Source: Felis catus
Lineage: Eukaryota
Reading direction: 5' to 3'
DNA length: 64,000 nucleotides
Assembly (NCBI RefSeq): GCF_018350175.1
Contig: NC_058382.1
Location: 53,446,001 to 53,510,000 of the forward strand
Under the pieces are notes generated by a model. It was given only the letters and a program-made list of their open reading frames with translations, had not been told where the DNA came from and did no database searches. Below are positions 50,601 through 62,700 of this stretch, piece by piece. Every line of letters starts with the position of its first letter. Positions within the stretch are counted from its first letter, which is position 1. The position numbers and the translations under genes were made by a program.

Positions 50601-51392
50601 TAGAGGTAAAGGAGGACAGGCTTTCAGGTCCCACTCGGAACTCATCACCAGCGACCATTTGCAAACCTCAACCACAGCAGCTCCACTCTTAATATACATA
50701 GTGTGTTTGGTTGGAACAGATCTGCAAGATGTGTGCCCAAAGGAAGGGCAGTGGGAATGCTTGTTGGGGGCCAGGGTTTCATCCCTGGGGGGTGGGGGTG
50801 GGGGGATGGTTACTGGTCCGATTGCTTTCAATTCTCCCTGCAGTTCCAGGCAATGCGTCTCCCTGTCTCTTTTTAACAGATGGGAGGTTGAAGTTCAAAA
50901 TGGCAAGCGGGAGGGTCCCAGGAGACTATTAGCCCGTGGTCTAGTACGGTTCAAACCCAGGCCGGTCTAGTTCCAAAGAGCACCCCATTTCCATGCTGTC
51001 CCGTGCCTTCCCCAAGCACATTTCCCTGGGATGGATCCTAAAGAAGTGGAGAGAGTAGCAACTAGTCTGAGCCGGACGGGGTCAGCTGGTGCCCGAGCCA
51101 GGACCAGCCTGATGGGTGTGTGATCTGCACAGTCCCAAGGAGCCTTGTACTCAGAAGGTCTCACACTTGGTTTCTGGCTCTCCTGTTGCTGTTTTGACGT
51201 TCTTAGGAAGTTTGGAGAGAAGGGATCCTGTGTTTTCATTTTTGCACTGGTCCTGCAAAGTAGGTAGCCAGCCCTGAATCCACCTACAAGAGGCTAGCAG
51301 GACAGTTCTGAGAAGGCAGCTTATTTAAATGTCCCAGAGGAATTGCCCATTTGGGGAACGTAGACTTCAAGTAAAGGAGGAGGCTTGTAAGC

Positions 51393-51423
<31 letters not shown>

Positions 51424-51449
51424 AGTCTCTCTGTCTGTCTCTGTCTCTG

Positions 51450-51505
<56 letters not shown>
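51393..51505. repeat. (CT)n/(CTGTCT)n-(CA)n compound microsatellite
   Basis: Directly visible. Confidence 0.95.
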
Positions 51506-51507
<2 letters not shown>

Positions 51508-52149
51508 AGACTTCTGCACACACCCTGTGGATTAGTCAGTTTTATTACACTGTAACTGTAATTTGAATCCCTGGTCTATTAAATGGGAGTGTATATATTT
51601 ATGGCTGTGTTTATGGGTGTGCGTGCGCCTGCGTGTGCTAGCTGGGCCCGGGAATAGGGGATTGGGGAATTTACAACACACAGACACAGCCCTGATTATT
51701 GACTCTATTCTTTCCCTTTGGAGACATTATGGGGGATTTGAACCAGGCCCTGCTTTTATGAAATACATACTTGGGAGGTTTTAGAGTGGCCGTAAACGCT
51801 GGTCGGTGCGAGAGGGAGGTTGGTGTGTTGCCAGATCCTCTGGGAGGGGACAGGCATTGAATACACTCTCCCCTGGGCCTGGCAGAAAAACCACATATTC
51901 TTGTATCTGCTTTACCCCCAAATCAGAGTCTTCTTTCCTGGCAAAGAGAGGCCTGGTTTTTATTCTCTGGATTGTGCTGATTTTACTCTCTGAGTTAAGA
52001 GATTATCCGTGAATCACCGATGGTGTGAAAGTCTGGAATAAATGAGAAGAAAGTCTGGATGTGTCCCTGATGCTCATTCGCCACCCAAGATGGAAATCCT
52101 GCACTGTGGGGATGTAGGGGACTCTGAGACAGCCAGTAACTTTGGAGTA

Positions 52150-52265
52150 CTTTATTTTGTTTTTAAGGAAACTGAGGCCCGGAGCACTGAGCCAAGATAC
52201 TGCAGGTTAAGCAGCGGCGTGGCACTGATACCTGGGTTAGAATCTACTTCTCCCAATTTCCATTC
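52150..52265 (-). mobile_element. MIR fragment
   Basis: aaggaaactgaggcccggag...gccaagatactgcaggttaagcagcgg. Confidence 0.6.
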
Positions 52266-53094
52266 CAAGCCTCCTTCTTGCTTTCATCTTTGTACGAAGC
52301 ATTATATAATCAGTTTATGTGGGGAGACGTGGTTCATTTAACGAATAGCCATATGGGGTCAAAGGCGTCGCCAACATTTGCTGGTGTTTGCTCTTTGCCC
52401 CTGCTTGGCCTCCACTGGTCTCATCGAATGGAATCCTCAGGACAACATTGAAAGAAGGGAGGGAATGTGAATGTCATGTAACGGATGGGACAAGTGCAGC
52501 ACAGAGTTGTGGTGTAACTTGCCTGGGTCCCTCGGCTTGTAAATGGATTGACTAAGATATGAAGTCAGTTCTTCCTTCCTAATCCTCAACAGAAGAATTA
52601 CATTATTCAAATCATTATGTGATCGTTCCATGGTGGCTCCTTTGAATGCGTGTAAACTAAAGAGATGACTCCATACCTTCCCAACAGAAGTTGTTTGTTG
52701 TGGTCATTATTCAGTTCACTTGGGACTATTAATTACTTTTAATGCAGTTTTGTCTCCATTTTTGGTGGGCTTTCTGGCGCTGACGAGCCGCTTTGCTTTG
52801 AAGCTACAGACCATCTGGAAGGTCGTGTGATAGTGACTGAAAGTCTCAGTCTGGCCAAAAGAGAAGCCTAATAGTTTGCTTGGTATTTCAGAGACAAAAG
52901 AAATGATTCGTGAAATGGCTTCACCGATCCAAGCACTTGGTTCTAGGTGAAACCAGCGACATTGGGCAGCCGTCACAATGGCCGATACCTCCTCCTGGCT
53001 GCTTCTGCTCGCCAAGCGGAAGCGAGTCGGTGGAATGCGCATATTACAACTATAAAAACAATACACTTGCATCCTGGGAAACACAGATTAGTAG

Positions 53095-53541
53095 TACCGT
53101 AGGGCACCCAAGAAGGCATGTCCAAGTCCTAACCCCCAGCACCTGGGAAGGTGACTTTGTTTGGAATAAGGGTCTTTGCAGAAGTAAACAAGTTAAAGAC
53201 CTCAAGATGAGATGACCCTAGACTTAGGGTGGTCCCTACATCCAATGATGGGTATTCGAAGAGAGGAAGCAGAGACAGGGTGAAGAAGGGGATGTGAAAG
53301 TGAGGGCATAGCCAGAGTGGGGCCATCTACAAGCCAAGGACCCCCCAGGATGGGTGGCCTGCAGCAGATGCCAGGACCGAGGCAAGGACTTGATTCTCCC
53401 TCCAGATCCTCCAAAAGCAACCAACCCCGCCCACAACCCAATTGTGGATTGCTTTTGTCCAGAACTGTGGAAGAATGAATTCCTGTTGTTTGAGGCCAGC
53501 TGGTTTGTGGCAATCTATCCCGGCCCTAAGAAACTAAGGCA
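53095..53541 (+). mobile_element. MaLR solo LTR (MLT1C-like)
   Basis: gtccaagtcctaacccccagcacct...gtgactttgtttggaataagggtctttgcaga...ccagaactgtg...ggccctaagaaactaaggca. Confidence 0.87.
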
Positions 53542-53665
53542 AGTACTAAATTATTTTACCATATTTTAACAAGTAAAGAAACACAGGCATTAAAAGAGCA
53601 GGAGAAGAACTCCAAGCTGAAACTGTCTAGAAATACATCAGAAGAGATATCGAAAATGAGATTTG

Positions 53666-53668
<3 letters not shown>

Positions 53669-53702
<34 letters not shown>
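53669..53702. repeat. (CT)n microsatellite
   Basis: Directly visible. Confidence 0.95.
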
Positions 53703-53705
<3 letters not shown>

Positions 53706-53889
53706 GTTCACGAGGTCCAATCAGTCGATACTTAAGTATATAATCCAGAAAGGTTTAGCTTAATTTGATTAACTTTTGAATGGCTGACTGGATATTGAAG
53801 CAACTTGTTGATCTGGTCTATATCCTGCATATGTCTAAGAGAGAAGAGGGTATTTGCTAAAAGCTTAACGTTTCTGCATAAAGGGAAGG

Positions 53890-55935
53890 GGGTCCCATTT
53901 CCGCCTTGGGTGTAGGAAGCTAGGCAAAGTATTGCTCCTACTGTAACAAGAAGAAAAATCCAGATGAACTGACTTTCCTTGAATCCACGAGAGAGTCGAG
54001 ATTACAGGGCAATTTCCGAGTAAAGACGGGCCCTCTCCAAGGAGAGTTGGGTCAGGGGCACAGGTTTACCACGTGGCGGGCCATGGGAAGAAGCAACACC
54101 AGCAGCATCTTAAAATGTTTAATGGCTTGTAAAGATCGAGGGCAGGCTAGCACCCCTTCAGGGGTGCAGGCCTGGAGGAGGAGAGACTGCCACCATGGGA
54201 AGGCAGGAAGGCCCTCGGCACCCTCTTCCCTACAGCACAAAATCCTTAAGCTGCTTGGAGAGGGCAGACCCTGTAGCATCCAGACCCATTAAGGCTGGGG
54301 AAGGATAAAGATAAAATCCCTCTATATATCTGGGTAGGGAAAGAGTTCTGGGCTCCATACCCTAGACCGATAGGGTATAATCGTGATCTACTGCTGGAGG
54401 AGGGACAGTTTTACTGCCCAGAACAGATGCAAGGCAGAGCTTGGCTCTTACCCTGGGTAAGAGAAGCAGGAACATCCAGAAAACCCATGCTTGAGGCCCA
54501 GGCGCACAGGCCTACCGTAGAGAAGAAATCAAGTTTATTTCTGTAAGATTCTTTCACTATCCACGGAGGGTTAAAATACTGTTCGTAGGTTGACTGCAAT
54601 CATTTAAAGATGTATGCAGTAAACCCAAGGGCAGCTACTAAAAACAGCTAAAGAAATAGGTATAAATAATGAGTCAATAGGGCAGGCTTTTCAACAAATG
54701 GTGCTGGATTGATGGGACTTCTGTATGTAAAATAAATGAACAATACCTTGCACCACATACAAAAATTAACTCAAAATGGATTATGGACCTAAATGTAAAC
54801 CATCTGAAGAAACGATGGGTTAGGCAGAGGTTCCTTGGATACAACACAAGTACAATCCATTTTTATAAATTGGACCTCATCAAAATTAGAAATGTCCTCC
54901 CTTCAGAAGACACTGGTAAAATGCATAAGCCGGCCACAAGCGGTGAGAAAACATTTGCAAAAGAGCTATCCGATGAATGATTTCTATCTAGAATCTATAA
55001 ATAACCCTCAAAACTCAATAATAAGAAAACAACCTTATGAAAAAAATGGGCAAAATATTTGAAGAGACACTTCACTAAGGAAGACAGAGGTGATACATAA
55101 GCCCATGAAAGGATGCTTAACATCATTAGTCATTAGGAAAATCCGAGCTAAAACCACAATGAGACATGACTGCCTATTTGTTAGGATGGCTGGAATAATT
55201 TTAAAAATTCAAACTGGTAATCCCAAGTGCTGGCAGGACTGGGAACAACAGAAACTCCATATGTTGCTGGTGGGAATGCAAAATGATGGAGTCACTCTGG
55301 AAAGTAGTTTGCACTTTCTTATAAACATTACATATGACCCAGTAATTCCACTCTTTGGTATTTACCCAAGAGGAATGAGCAAGGAGCCCATACTTTCATA
55401 CAAAAGCCTGAATACAACTGGTGCTAATGCATTTATTCATGATCTCCAAAAAAAAAAAAACAAAAACAAAAAAAACCCCAAAAAACCCCAAAAGCCCAGA
55501 ACACACAAAAGTCATTCAACTGCCAGAAGGGTAAACAAATTATGGTATATCCATACAACGAAACACAACTCAGCAGCAAAAAGAAACGCACTTCTGAGAC
55601 ATGCAACCGCATGAATGAATCTGACATGCATTGTTAAGAGGAGGGAGACAGGCGCAAAAGTAAACCTACTGTATAGTTCCATTTGTACGACGTTCTGGAA
55701 AGGGGAGAAAAATAATAAAGCAACTGTAGGAACAGAACACATACCCGTGAATGCCAAAAGCCGAGGATAGAAGGAGGGCATAAGAGACCTGTTTTGAGGG
55801 ATGGAAATATTCTATATGTTGAGTAGAATGGTAGCTACGTGACTGTGTACGTTTGGCAAAGTTCATATAAGGAACACAAAAGGTTAATTTTGTTGTTTCT
55901 AAACCATAAGTCAATAAACCCGACTGGAAAAGGAA
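53890..55935 (+). mobile_element. Ancient L1MC/MD-type element with internal deletions (5' region, inter-ORF piece, ORF2 3' end, 3' UTR)
   Basis: ORF2 C-terminal signatures tcaacaaatggtgctgg, ccacatacaaaaattaactcaaaatggat, tatgacccagtaattccactc...gtatttacccaagagg, aaattatggtatatccatacaa; 3' UTR ending tcaataaacc; the 5' assignment is less certain. Confidence 0.8.
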
Positions 55936-56294
55936 ACACAAAAACCTTGGCGATTAGGAAAAAACGATCCTGAGATAGGCAAGGAAACAGTGCTCATCTG
56001 GCTCTGGGAAGAATGGCCATCGTGCGCCATCACAATTATTTCTGAATCGGTAAGTTCTGGTGAACGTCAATGACTTTTAAATATAGGCATACCTTCTTCT
56101 GATTTTATGGACTCACATCCTAGGTTCCTGATGCCAGGTGGGAGTATTTCCCAGGGGAGGTGAAGGCGTCAGAGCTATATTCAACATGGCCATCACCGCC
56201 ATTCAATCCTCCTTGTGGAATCCCTACAATTTATCTCTCAGGACCACCAAGCTCCACAGAGCACAGTTTGAGAGTGCCAGGCCCAGCTGAGACT

Positions 56295-56560
56295 ATCCGG
56301 AGGTGCGTTCTGTAGGATACTAGGCCCTTTGGGTGCTCCATGGATGAGAGGGTTCCGCGATGGTAAGTAACTCGTGACAACTCTGCCTATCACACATCTG
56401 TCTGGGAGATTCACAATGCACACTGGCATCTAAGCGCTCTGAGAAGGCATGCAGGAAAGAAACCTGCTTCTGATTCCTTCCATCTACTGTTTCTTCACTT
56501 ATTTGACTTGGTTACATAAAATCTGCAACACTGCAGGTTAACCTCTGGGAAACCGTTCAT
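56295..56560. mobile_element. Ancient hAT-Charlie MITE (subfamily uncertain)
   Basis: ggagattcacaatgcacactggcatctaagcgctctgagaaggcatgcaggaaagaaacctg...acttatttgac, recalled from this MITE class. Confidence 0.5.
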
Positions 56561-56624
56561 GTCTTGCTCTGTAGAAGGAAACAGAGCAGCATTTCTGGAC
56601 CATTTGCTGTCAACTCAGGCCTGC

Positions 56625-56790
56625 TTTAGCTACTTTCTACATATTGTCCCATTTCATCTTTTCCAGGATGTGATGGGGCGGATACAACTATTTTTCAAAA
56701 AAGAAACTGAGACTTAGAGACACCAGGTAATGTGTTCAGGTCTACACAGCTAGTGGGTTGTCTGTCTCCAACATCTAAGCTTCGAGGCTT
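56625..56790 (-). mobile_element. MIR
   Basis: aagaaactgagacttagaga...tgttcaggtctacacagctagtgg. Confidence 0.65.
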
Positions 56791-57505
56791 CGTGGATGAT
56801 CGAATAAAATGGACTTCACGAGAGCGTCACTGCAAGTGGCTCAGGGGACCACAGGGGACATCTGGGACATGCACTTCTTCCTGGTCCTGCATTTTCAAAT
56901 TGGACTCGGCTACTGGGGGGATCTCGCTTATCAGTTGGCGTCTGAGACATCTTTTGGTTGCAGAGAGAAACACCCACCGACTCTAGAAAATATAAAGAAA
57001 TAGATGGAGGCACGCAGAACACATTAAAAAAAAAAAAAGGAGCATTTTACGAACCTAAGGGCAGAGCCGGTGCCTGGGCCTCAGGAGAATTAGGAACCAG
57101 GAATGGAAAGAAAGCTTTCAGAATCTAAGGGTATCTCTCTCACCATCTCTCTCCTCCTGCTCCTTCCTTATTTCCTCCTATGGTATCCTCTCTTCCCTCA
57201 GTGGGTATGTCCCAGGTTTTCAGTCCCTTCCTCTCCCACCTTCACCGGGCAATGGGACAAACAGGGCCACCCTGAATCTCCTTTACATGGTCTTACAAAG
57301 GACACCACCTGCTACCAGGTGACTCCCCTTCCGATGTCCCAGGTGAGAGAATGTGATCGGTCCAGCGTGATGAGGTGTCCACCACTGTGCACAGGGGAGT
57401 GAGTTTCAACTGACCTGAAACTGAACAGTTCAACTGACGGGTCTTAGGAGAAATTGACGTGCCTTTCAGAAACAGTGCTTGATTCAGCCCATAGGCTATA
57501 GCGCG

Positions 57506-57853
57506 TTATTTCCAAAGTCTCTCCATGTTGGTGACGGTCACCTGGGGAACTCGAGGACGCTCCCCAAGGCCCCAGGCGGACCTGCTGAATTACAACCTTG
57601 ATGGCGGGACTCGAACTGGACTGTACACAGGAATCACTCGGGGAGCTTTAAAGCTACTGATGACTGGATCCCACAGCCCGAGCTTCTGATAGAATCGGTC
57701 TGGAAGACAAGCCTGGCCATCAGCAGTTTTAGGAGCTCCCCAGCCGAATCTAACGTGCAACCGAGGTTGAGATCCGCAGGAAGGACCTGGGAGGCTATGT
57801 GCTTACTAAGCATCCCAGGGGATTCTTACGATCAAAGGAGTTTGGAAACTCTG
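57506..57853. mobile_element. Nested MER5 MITEs: MER5A1-like copy (~57602-57779) inside a MER5C-like copy
   Basis: Inner: ggaatcactcggggagctttaaagctactgatgactggatcccac...gagctccccagccgaatctaacgtgcaaccgaggttgaga; outer halves ...cacctggggaac...cctgctgaattacaacc and ...catcccaggggattcttacgatcaaaggagtttggaaactctg. Confidence 0.7.
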
Positions 57854-60447
57854 TAGGGGCAAGGAGGCAAGCACCCTGACAGGTTCTGTAAGAAGACGAT
57901 GTGGAGAGAAGCCAGTGTGGGCGTAGAGGTTGCTTAAAACCAGGCTCACTTGGAGTCATTTGATCATTTCCTAGAAAATGGAATTTTGAGTGGTGGGTTG
58001 AACAGATAAAGAAACAGCCAGAACCTCGGAACCACTAACTGTTAGTTCTATCATCGCCTTATGCGGTCAATCCTTTATCCAATTCCACACTGACTGATCA
58101 TCTATTACGTACCAGGAGCCACACTAGTAAAGGAGCTGGGGATTCAGTGATGAATAATAATATAGACTCATTGGGATCTTGTAATATTTAAAATGCCTTT
58201 GGCAGGCTTAAATGACTGGGGAAGGTCTTGACTTAACTGAAAAATAAACAAGATCATATATTTGCGTCCTGGCCCTTTTCGTGGTACTTACTGGTTCTCA
58301 AAGAAAGCTACCATATAATGGCAGCAACACTCTTTGAAATCCTGACTTGGAAACACTTCGCTACACTTGTCAAAGAGCCGCATGCTATTTTTAGCGTCTT
58401 AGGAGAATTGAAACAAACAAACAAACAAACAAGCGAGCAAAATCTCCACCCAATGGGGCAATCTTCCCCAAGGGAAAATTATAGCTTTCTGACCAAATTG
58501 TGTAGATGGATTCCTAACCGTTAGCCACTGGCTACAGGGATACGCAAGTTCCAAAGTCACCCCTGGGAAAGAGAAGTTTGTGGGATTCGGAAGGTGGCAT
58601 TCTATTGCAGCTCCTGGAAAAGCAAAGAAGCAAAACGGAAAAGCGACACTTTCCTCCAGCTCTTCTTCCTCCCTTCAACCCCACCCTCCTCTATCCTTGG
58701 AAGGTTCAGTGTTTGAGCTCCCTTGTTGGGCCGGCCACTGAATTCCGTTCAACCTCAGCACGTCCAGCGTCTGATCCTTTCTGGTGGTGCTTTTATGCCC
58801 GGCACATGTAAAAACTTAGAAGCGGTTGTTCCCAACTGAGCTTTTCTTTGCCAGGTGGTTCCTGAGCTCCTGGTCCGACTTCAGATGCATGCGGTTTAAC
58901 TTTCTCCCTTGATGTCACCCAAGTCCAGACCTGAACAACTTCACAGGCCGCCGAACTTTGTTGTACGTGAACAGCACTGCCCGGCTGGGGTCGTGCACCC
59001 TCCAGGGCACTCTGGACTAACCTGAGTTCCGGGGGGCTTGCAAGGTTTGCCTCTGTTCATCTCTTTCGACCTCCCACCGCCCGCCGTGGGAGCTGGAATT
59101 CTGTCCCACGTTAGAGTGGCGGAAGTGGAATCTTGGGGGGTTTTAATCTCAGGGCTTGGGGGACGGCATTGGAGGTGCTGACCTGAGTAACGAGTTTTAC
59201 TTGCACTTGTTGTTGGGGTTCTCTTTCACGTCTGCGTGATTTGGTGGGCGGGGTACAAACCAAACCGAGGCTCCCATCAGACCCCTGACAACTCTGCCGT
59301 CTTGCACGGCTTGGCTTGGGGTGCGTAAAAGACTTGTTTCACCGCAGAGTTTTGCCTTTCCTTTTCCCCAAGTGTCTGGTGGGGACAGATATGCCTGCTC
59401 CGGGTCTTGGAATGAGAGGTAGGTGTGACGAGTCTGGTGGCTGCAGGACATGGCCAGCTGCACAGGGCTACCGTGCACCGATCGGCCCCAGCAAACGTGG
59501 GCATTTTTGCAACACCCTGTTCACAAGGGCCCGTGCCCTGTTTGGGGGTGTCTCATTCAGCTAGCATTGTCCCGGCGTTCCCAAAAGGGCATTCTGTTTC
59601 TAGGAAGAAGCTGAAACAGGTCATTCAGGCTCAGAGGGAGAGAGCTGCTACTGTATTGGAGGGAGCATGTCAAACCCACAAGCTGTTTTACTGCGTGTTC
59701 GGGGGGGACAGGAAGGCGTGAAAACCCCACAGCACCGTATTCAGCCTTCCCAGAAAAACAGTTGTTCTGGGACTTTCTTTAAAAGGAAACCATTTTCTTT
59801 GTGGGGAGGTCGCCGATGTATGATTTATAAAAGTTCCACTCGAGTGTTGTTTTCTGAAGTTCCTCTGACGACTGCTGATCTGAGAGCTGTATATGCATAT
59901 AATCTGTATGTGTTAATGCATCCCATTATATAGTTACATATTTACATGTGTGTTTATCCACACGTATGGATGCGCGTCCATACGGATGACACGTGCATAT
60001 GTATATGGTGGAATGATTTCCGTCTTTGCTTTCCTTCAGGCCTAAAATTAAGCAACTGGAGTTATAATTTGCAGAGTAACAGTAATATCAAATCGAAGTT
60101 TGCACCTGGTGATCCTTGAGAATGTCCTCATTTCTCTCTTTCCCTCTCGTCCTACCTTCGCGTCTCCCCACGCGGCGCCCCCGGGGCCGGTTTCAGCCCT
60201 CGCTCTGCCCACACCAACGTGGACGTCAAGAGTCGATTTCTCTCCTTGCCTTTCCTCCAACACCATAAACTTAAAACAAAACACATGGCCCGGGGTAGGG
60301 TGCTGTCTTCAGTTTCCATTGCTTTCTTCTGATTCGTTCTTGTTGGTTTTGGATTCTGTCCCCCCCAAACCCCAAGAGCACACTTTCTAGGTACGGAGCA
60401 AAATAAGTTGGGTTTTTGTTTTTTTTTTTTTTAATTCCTCCACTCAG

Positions 60448-60525
60448 CAGAATCTTGCTGAGTGTGTCGACCAAGTCAGTGGTGCAAGATTTGATTGGAA
60501 GCAGCTGAGAAGCCCCAGCCATCTG
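60448..60525 (+). other. Candidate isolated exon (78 or 75 nt)
   Basis: Long T tract then ttcctccactcag|cag acceptor and CTG|GTAAGT donor; one open frame, QNLAECVDQVSGARFDWKQLRSPSHL. Confidence 0.35.
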
Positions 60526-61280
60526 GTAAGTGCACTCACCAAAGAGGCTGTCCCTTGTGGTCGCTTAACAAAAACATTTGTCTCCGGTCACCACTCCTTC
60601 CTCTTTGTTCTCCTAAATGCCCAACTGAAGCTCGCTTTTCCCCCATCGGCCTGGGATGAGGCATCTGAAGAGAGGGACCCCAGATCCGTGTACCACAACG
60701 ACCCCGGAAGGGAACACGGTCCTCCCAGACCCTTCCCCTTGGTCCTTATGGGGATTTCTATTTCCCTCCTGCCTTTCTGGGCTTAGTCTCTTGGCTCCCC
60801 TTGTAGATCAAGACGTCGCTGTTACCTCGCAGTGGGGCAGCCTCCCTGTTTTGTCCAGGAAACTGGAAGCTTCCCGAGGCCGTCACTCCAAACACAGATT
60901 CCTGGCACACGGCAACTACCTATTGACTACGGTGATAATACTTCCTAAATGAGCCTGGCCTCTTTCCTCAGCCTCTGGAACCCAGGGCTGGAGGCAGGAC
61001 ACAGACTTGGAGAGAGGGTTGACTCTTTTCTTCAGCAAGAGTCCAGATTTGCTCTGGGGACCCTAAAGCTATGGATATTCCTGCTGGCCAGATGGGCCCC
61101 ACAGGAGAATGCGGTCAGACCCTGCGAGTGAATATGCAGAAGCCCATGAGCTCCAACACTCATTTCACTGTGTTTGCCTGACTGGGGTCCCCCCTCGATC
61201 TGGGCGTAGTAGCGAGAGCGTGGCCCACAGTCAGTAAGGCAGTCCTCTATTTGTTATATGCATTTTAAACACTTAATGTA

Positions 61281-61522
61281 GGGGGGTCTGGGTGGCTCAG
61301 TCGGTTAAGCGTCCAACTCTTAATTTCAGCTCACGTCGTGATCTCACGGTTCGAAGGTTCGAGCCCCATGTCGCCTCCGTGCTGACAGTGTGGGGCCTGC
61401 TTGGGAGTCTCCCTCTCTCTCTCTCTCTCTGTCTCTCTGTCCTCTCCTACTCATGCTCTCTCTCAAAATAAGTGAATAAAAACTTAAAGATAAAAAAAAG
61501 ATTAAAAAAATAAAAGATAAAA
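61281..61522 (+). mobile_element. CanSINE
   Basis: gggggtctgggtggctcagtcggttaagcgtccaactctt head, (CT)n, long A-rich tail. Confidence 0.92.
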
Positions 61523-61534
61523 ATTTAACGTGTA

Positions 61535-62170
61535 TTTATTTTTATAAACATTAATAGACTCGAAGAACCGTTGCAGAAATACGCAACAAGTGAACAGATA
61601 GTACAGAGTTTCCGGATGAACTTTTCCATGCTTCCCGCAGGCAGTTTCCCTTATGACGAACATTGTACATCAGGATATCGCATTTGTTACCATCAATGAA
61701 CAACCTGGGCATCACTATTAAGTCAAGTCCAGAATTTATTCCTATTTCTTTAGTTGTTACCTAATCTTCCTTTTCTGTTCCAGGACCCCACGTTATATTT
61801 AGCGGTCACGTCTCCTCAGTTTCTTCTGGACTGTGACCGCTTCTCAGACCTTTCCTTGCTTTTGACGACTTGGACAGTTTTGAGGACTGCTGGTCAGGAA
61901 TTATGTCGAGTGCCCCTCGGTTGGGATTCGTCGGATGTTGTTCCCATGATCACACTGGGGTTATGGATCTGGGGGAGGAAGACCCCAGAAGGGAAGCGCC
62001 ATTTTCACCGCGTCCTATCACGCCAAAGGCAGATGACTTAGCACGGAGGATGTCGCCCTTGACGGCCTGGCTCAAGTTGTGTTTGTCAGGTTTCTGCGCT
62101 GTGCACCTCACTCTACAGTTTACCTGCGCCCTTCTTTCCATGCTGTACTCTTTGGAAGAGAGTCGCTACG
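61535..62170 (-). mobile_element. L1MC4-type 3' UTR fragment
   Basis: ccttttctgttccaggaccccacgttatatttag...ttctcagacctttccttg...gacagttttgaggactgctggtcagg...gatcacactggggttatggat...aggaagacc. Confidence 0.75.
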
Positions 62171-62439
62171 GCATCTGTACTCTTGTTCCCCCATGTGAGC
62201 GTGGTGACGTCCGTGAGAAAGATGGTGGGGGGTGGGGGGAGGGGGCGGGCGGCGGGGAGAGATCAGCATTCCACACAAGGAAAACTTAATAGATTTATTT
62301 CTGTAACAACAACAAAAAAAGAGTGTAGCCACCGTGTCCAGACCTACTCCTTTTAGAGAGAGAGTATTGAGCTAAGGAAAAGCTGGCTAAATGGGCATGA
62401 GTGATACAGCCACGACAGCAACCGCCGACACGCATCAGG

Positions 62440-62700
62440 GGTTGAGGGGGGCCAGTCCCGTCCCAAGGACTTTACAGGCACCTTATTTGACTTCGTATCA
62501 ACCTCTGAGACAGCCATGTGGCCCTTGGGTAATTTACCTAACCTCTGTGTGCCTCCATTTCCTCATCTATTGTGTGGAGAAATACATAAGTCATCAACTA
62601 GTGCGTGGGAAAAATGAGATCATAAGTGTGTGGGTCTCTGCGAGCTTCATGACTTGCCCACGGTTGCTCAGCTAATAAATGGCGGAGCTGTGGCGCAAAT
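62440..62700. mobile_element. MIR-derived segments in both orientations
   Basis: ccttgggtaatttacctaacctctgtgtgcctccatttcctcatct (+) flanked by gacttgcccacggttgctcagctaataaatggcggagctg (-). Confidence 0.6.

Noticed and set aside
50050..50970. Longest ORF (306 aa, +)
   Set aside because: Starts at a GTG that is also a splice-donor motif, runs through an A-tract (poly-K) and GC-rich promoter DNA, and ends in a MIR; no recognisable domain.
55090..55614. 174-aa ORF resembling the L1 ORF2 C-terminus
   Set aside because: Decayed L1 remnant, not a host gene; no intact RT.
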